A DNA stretch of 64,000 nt from Scyliorhinus canicula (taxonomy: Eukaryota): assembly GCF_902713615.1 (NCBI RefSeq), contig NC_052158.1, positions 151,669,400 through 151,733,399 of the forward strand, read 5' to 3'. Each line of letters opens with the position of its first letter. Position 1 is the first letter of the stretch. Positions 61,310 to 64,000 of this stretch are shown here, in pieces. The position numbers and the translations under genes were made by a program. The notes under the pieces are model-generated. The model was not told where the DNA came from. It did not search any database and worked only from the letters and a program-made list of their open reading frames with translations.

Positions 61310-62180
61310 GCTATAGTTCTGCCAACCTCCCCCCCCCCCCCCCCCCCAACCCCCCACCCACCCCCATAGGATCTCCATGACAACATTCTCCCTTTACCCT
61401 CCCAAGTACCCTCACCCCATCCCTCCAAATTACTCCCCCAACTGCCCTCACTCACCAGCCAGGGAAAGACCAACTACTATCCTGACCCTCTACAGTACCC
61501 TTGCCAACCCTACCACCTTCAAAGTCCACCTGCACCCCTGACCACCCTCCCCATTCACCTGTCTACACACTCACCCTCCCATTTACCCTCCCCGTTACCA
61601 GAATATACCTCAACCCCAACTATTCTTCCCAACCCCCTGACCACTCCCAAACCCAAGCTACCCTCACCATCCTTCACTAGCTTCCAAACCTCCCAAATAA
61701 CCTCCCAACCCCACATGGGACCACCTGATCACCCTCTCAATTGCCCTTCAGCCCCCCCTCAAACTATCCTCCCATTCCTTTTGACTACCTTCCCCTCCCT
61801 CCACAAACTGCATCCAATCTCTAACTACTCACAACAATCCCAAACTCCCCCAACTACCCTCCCCACCTCCAGACTATTCTCTTGACAACAACGGCCAACT
61901 TCCAACCCTACCCCCCCCCCAAATATCCCGCCACCCCTCCTGAATACCCTTCCCAACACACAACAACTCTGACTGCTCACCCTTCCATATTGACCACCCT
62001 ACCATAGCCACTAGACATCTCCCCCAACTGACCAGCCACTGACCCCTACACTGACCAAAACCCACTGACCAAACCCACCACTGACCAGCCAATCCCCCTA
62101 ACTGACCACCAGCCCCCAAACCCGACCCACTCCGACACTCCCCACCCCACTCAGCCCCCCACACCATCCTACGCACTCAC
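61310..62180. repeat. C/A-rich, G-poor low-complexity tract
   Basis: Almost no G on the + strand; degenerate units such as ctgaccaccc / ctaccctccc. Confidence 0.8.
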
Positions 62181-62420
62181 TTTCAACACTTAGCTTCTTC
62201 CTGGCTTCTCATATTTCTAGACCTTCAAACCTACCTACTTTACCACAGCTAGGATGTGTCTTCCTTTCCCTCAACTCTCCTGCACCTGACTGAAGGCCTT
62301 AGTAACCCGCTGCACTGCACCTTTCTCACCTGGCCTGAGTCGGAAGGTTGCAGCTGCATTTCAGTGCAAGGAAATAGAAGTAATAATCTGATTGTGATTG
62401 CCACTCCAATTATGACCCAA

Positions 62421-63756
62421 TTATAATAATAATAACAATAATCTTTATTGTCACAAGTATTGTCACATTAACATTGCAGTGAAGTTATTGTGAAAAGCCC
62501 CCAGTCGCCACACTATGGTGCCTATTCGGGAACACAGAGGAAGAATTCACAATGTCCAAATTACCTAATAGCACGTCTTTAGGGATTTGTGGGAGGAAAC
62601 CGGAGCACCCGGAGGAAACCCCCGCAGACACGGCGGAACGTGCAGACTCTGCAGACAGTGACCCAAGCCGGGAATCGAATCTGGGACCGTGGCACTGTGA
62701 GGCCATAGTGCTAACCACTATGCTACCGTGCTGCCCAAGTGTAGCATTCTTTTTTTACAAGTTACCTTGGACCTTTAATTCTTTTCCTAACCAATAATTT
62801 TACTCTTTCTATCTAAGTGACCACTGTTTATGGGAAAGCTTTGATATTTTCTGTTATCAGCCTGTACAATCTTGGGGATGGGTTGATGGGATATTAGCTT
62901 TAACTAGATAGAATGCAAAAAACAGTGATCCTGCTCAATTTCTGTGCTTTAGACTGGACCTGTGAGGCCAACCAGAATTTGAGAAATATCCTTAGTTGTG
63001 GGTGTTGATGACCAGAGTGTTTGTCAACGTAAATGTTGTGAGAAATGAACTTGCTCGTTTTACTTATTTGAGGATTGTCACGTGTGTAAAAGAAGAAAAG
63101 AAGGTCATACATTGTATAACTAAATCCAATTGAACTGAGCAGTTCCAAAGGACAAGAGGAACGTGACTTCCTGACCTAGTTGTGGATGTGGGTTTGGACA
63201 GTGCTGAATGGTTAAGAAGAGGAGAAAGTTGTGAACATTGAGATCTCAATATATCCCATCTTCCAAGTTAATACGGCCTGATTTAAATAGAATGACACAA
63301 GATATACCGCACAGTGACAGGTCAATTAGCCTGAAAGATCAATTCCTGCTTACGTGAGCTTCCTCCACCTTTCTTCAACTCACCCTTTCAATTATCTTCA
63401 TGTTCTTACTCAGTTTCTGAGTAAGGAATGGGATGGGGCACGGTAGCACAGTGGATAACACAGTTCCTTCACAGCTCCGGGGTCCCAGGTTTGATTCCCG
63501 GCTTGGGTCACTGTCTGTGCGGAATTTGCACTTTCCCCCTGTGTCTGAATGGATTTCCTCTGGGTGCTCCTCCCACAGTTCAGAGATGTGCAGGTTAGGT
63601 AGATTGGCCATGCTAAATTGCCCTTTGTGTCCAAAAAAAAGGTTGGGGTTGCTGGGTTACAGGATGGAGGTATGGGCTTCGCTACGGTGCTCTTTCCAAG
63701 GGCCTGTGCAGACTCGATGGGCCAAATGGCCTCCTTCTGCATTGTAAATTCTATGA
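62421..63756. mobile_element. Two V-SINEs (~62421-62736 -, ~63435-63756 +)
   Basis: V-SINE core with two different tails. Confidence 0.78.
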
Positions 63757-63954
63757 GTTTGTCATTGCATCCATACTATTTGTATTAACTATTTGTCTGT
63801 GGGTTAAAATTCCTCTTCAATTTCTTTCAATAATTTGTACCATTCTATTGTGTTTTCTGCAACTGCATTCATACTTTGTCCTAATATTAGCTCTGTTCCT
63901 ATTTCTTATTTTGTTAATGAAATATTATATGTCTTTGACTTGTTTCCCCCACAG

Positions 63955-64000
63955 GTCAGCTATTTCTCATCTTGTACCTGTCTCAGTAACAGAAACGAGT
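63955..64000 (+). CDS. V2R/OlfC gene C, start of exon 3 (continues beyond right edge)
   Basis: tttcccccacag| acceptor then VSYFSSCTCLSNRNE, homologous to the exon 3 start of A and B. Confidence 0.92.

Overview
Eukaryotic genomic DNA, very likely from a cartilaginous fish (shark-type V-SINE, CR1 and Harbinger repeat landscape; species not determinable). The window covers part of a V2R/OlfC (vomeronasal type-2, class C GPCR) chemoreceptor cluster. Gene A (- strand): exons 1-2 and the start of exon 3, running off the left edge. Gene B (+ strand): complete and intact, six exons, 24938-39751, 865 aa. Gene C (+ strand): more divergent, exons 1-2 and the start of exon 3, running off the right edge. 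A and B are a recent head-to-head (inverted) duplicate pair. Directly behind the promoter of A, across a 12-bp palindromic junction at 4631-4642, lies an orphan, internally deleted copy of the 7TM exon 6 in the opposite orientation. This is the geometry expected if an inversion split a V2R gene within intron 5 and separated its ligand-binding ectodomain exons from the 7TM exon. Most of the rest is transposon-derived: a near full-length CR1 LINE with an esterase-type ORF1, further CR1 fragments, an L1-clade LINE, a Gypsy element with TSD, solo LTRs, a Penelope fragment carrying a minimal hammerhead ribozyme motif, a two-gene Harbinger transposon, many Harbinger MITEs and modular SINEs. All counts and alignments were done by eye, and no database searches were run.
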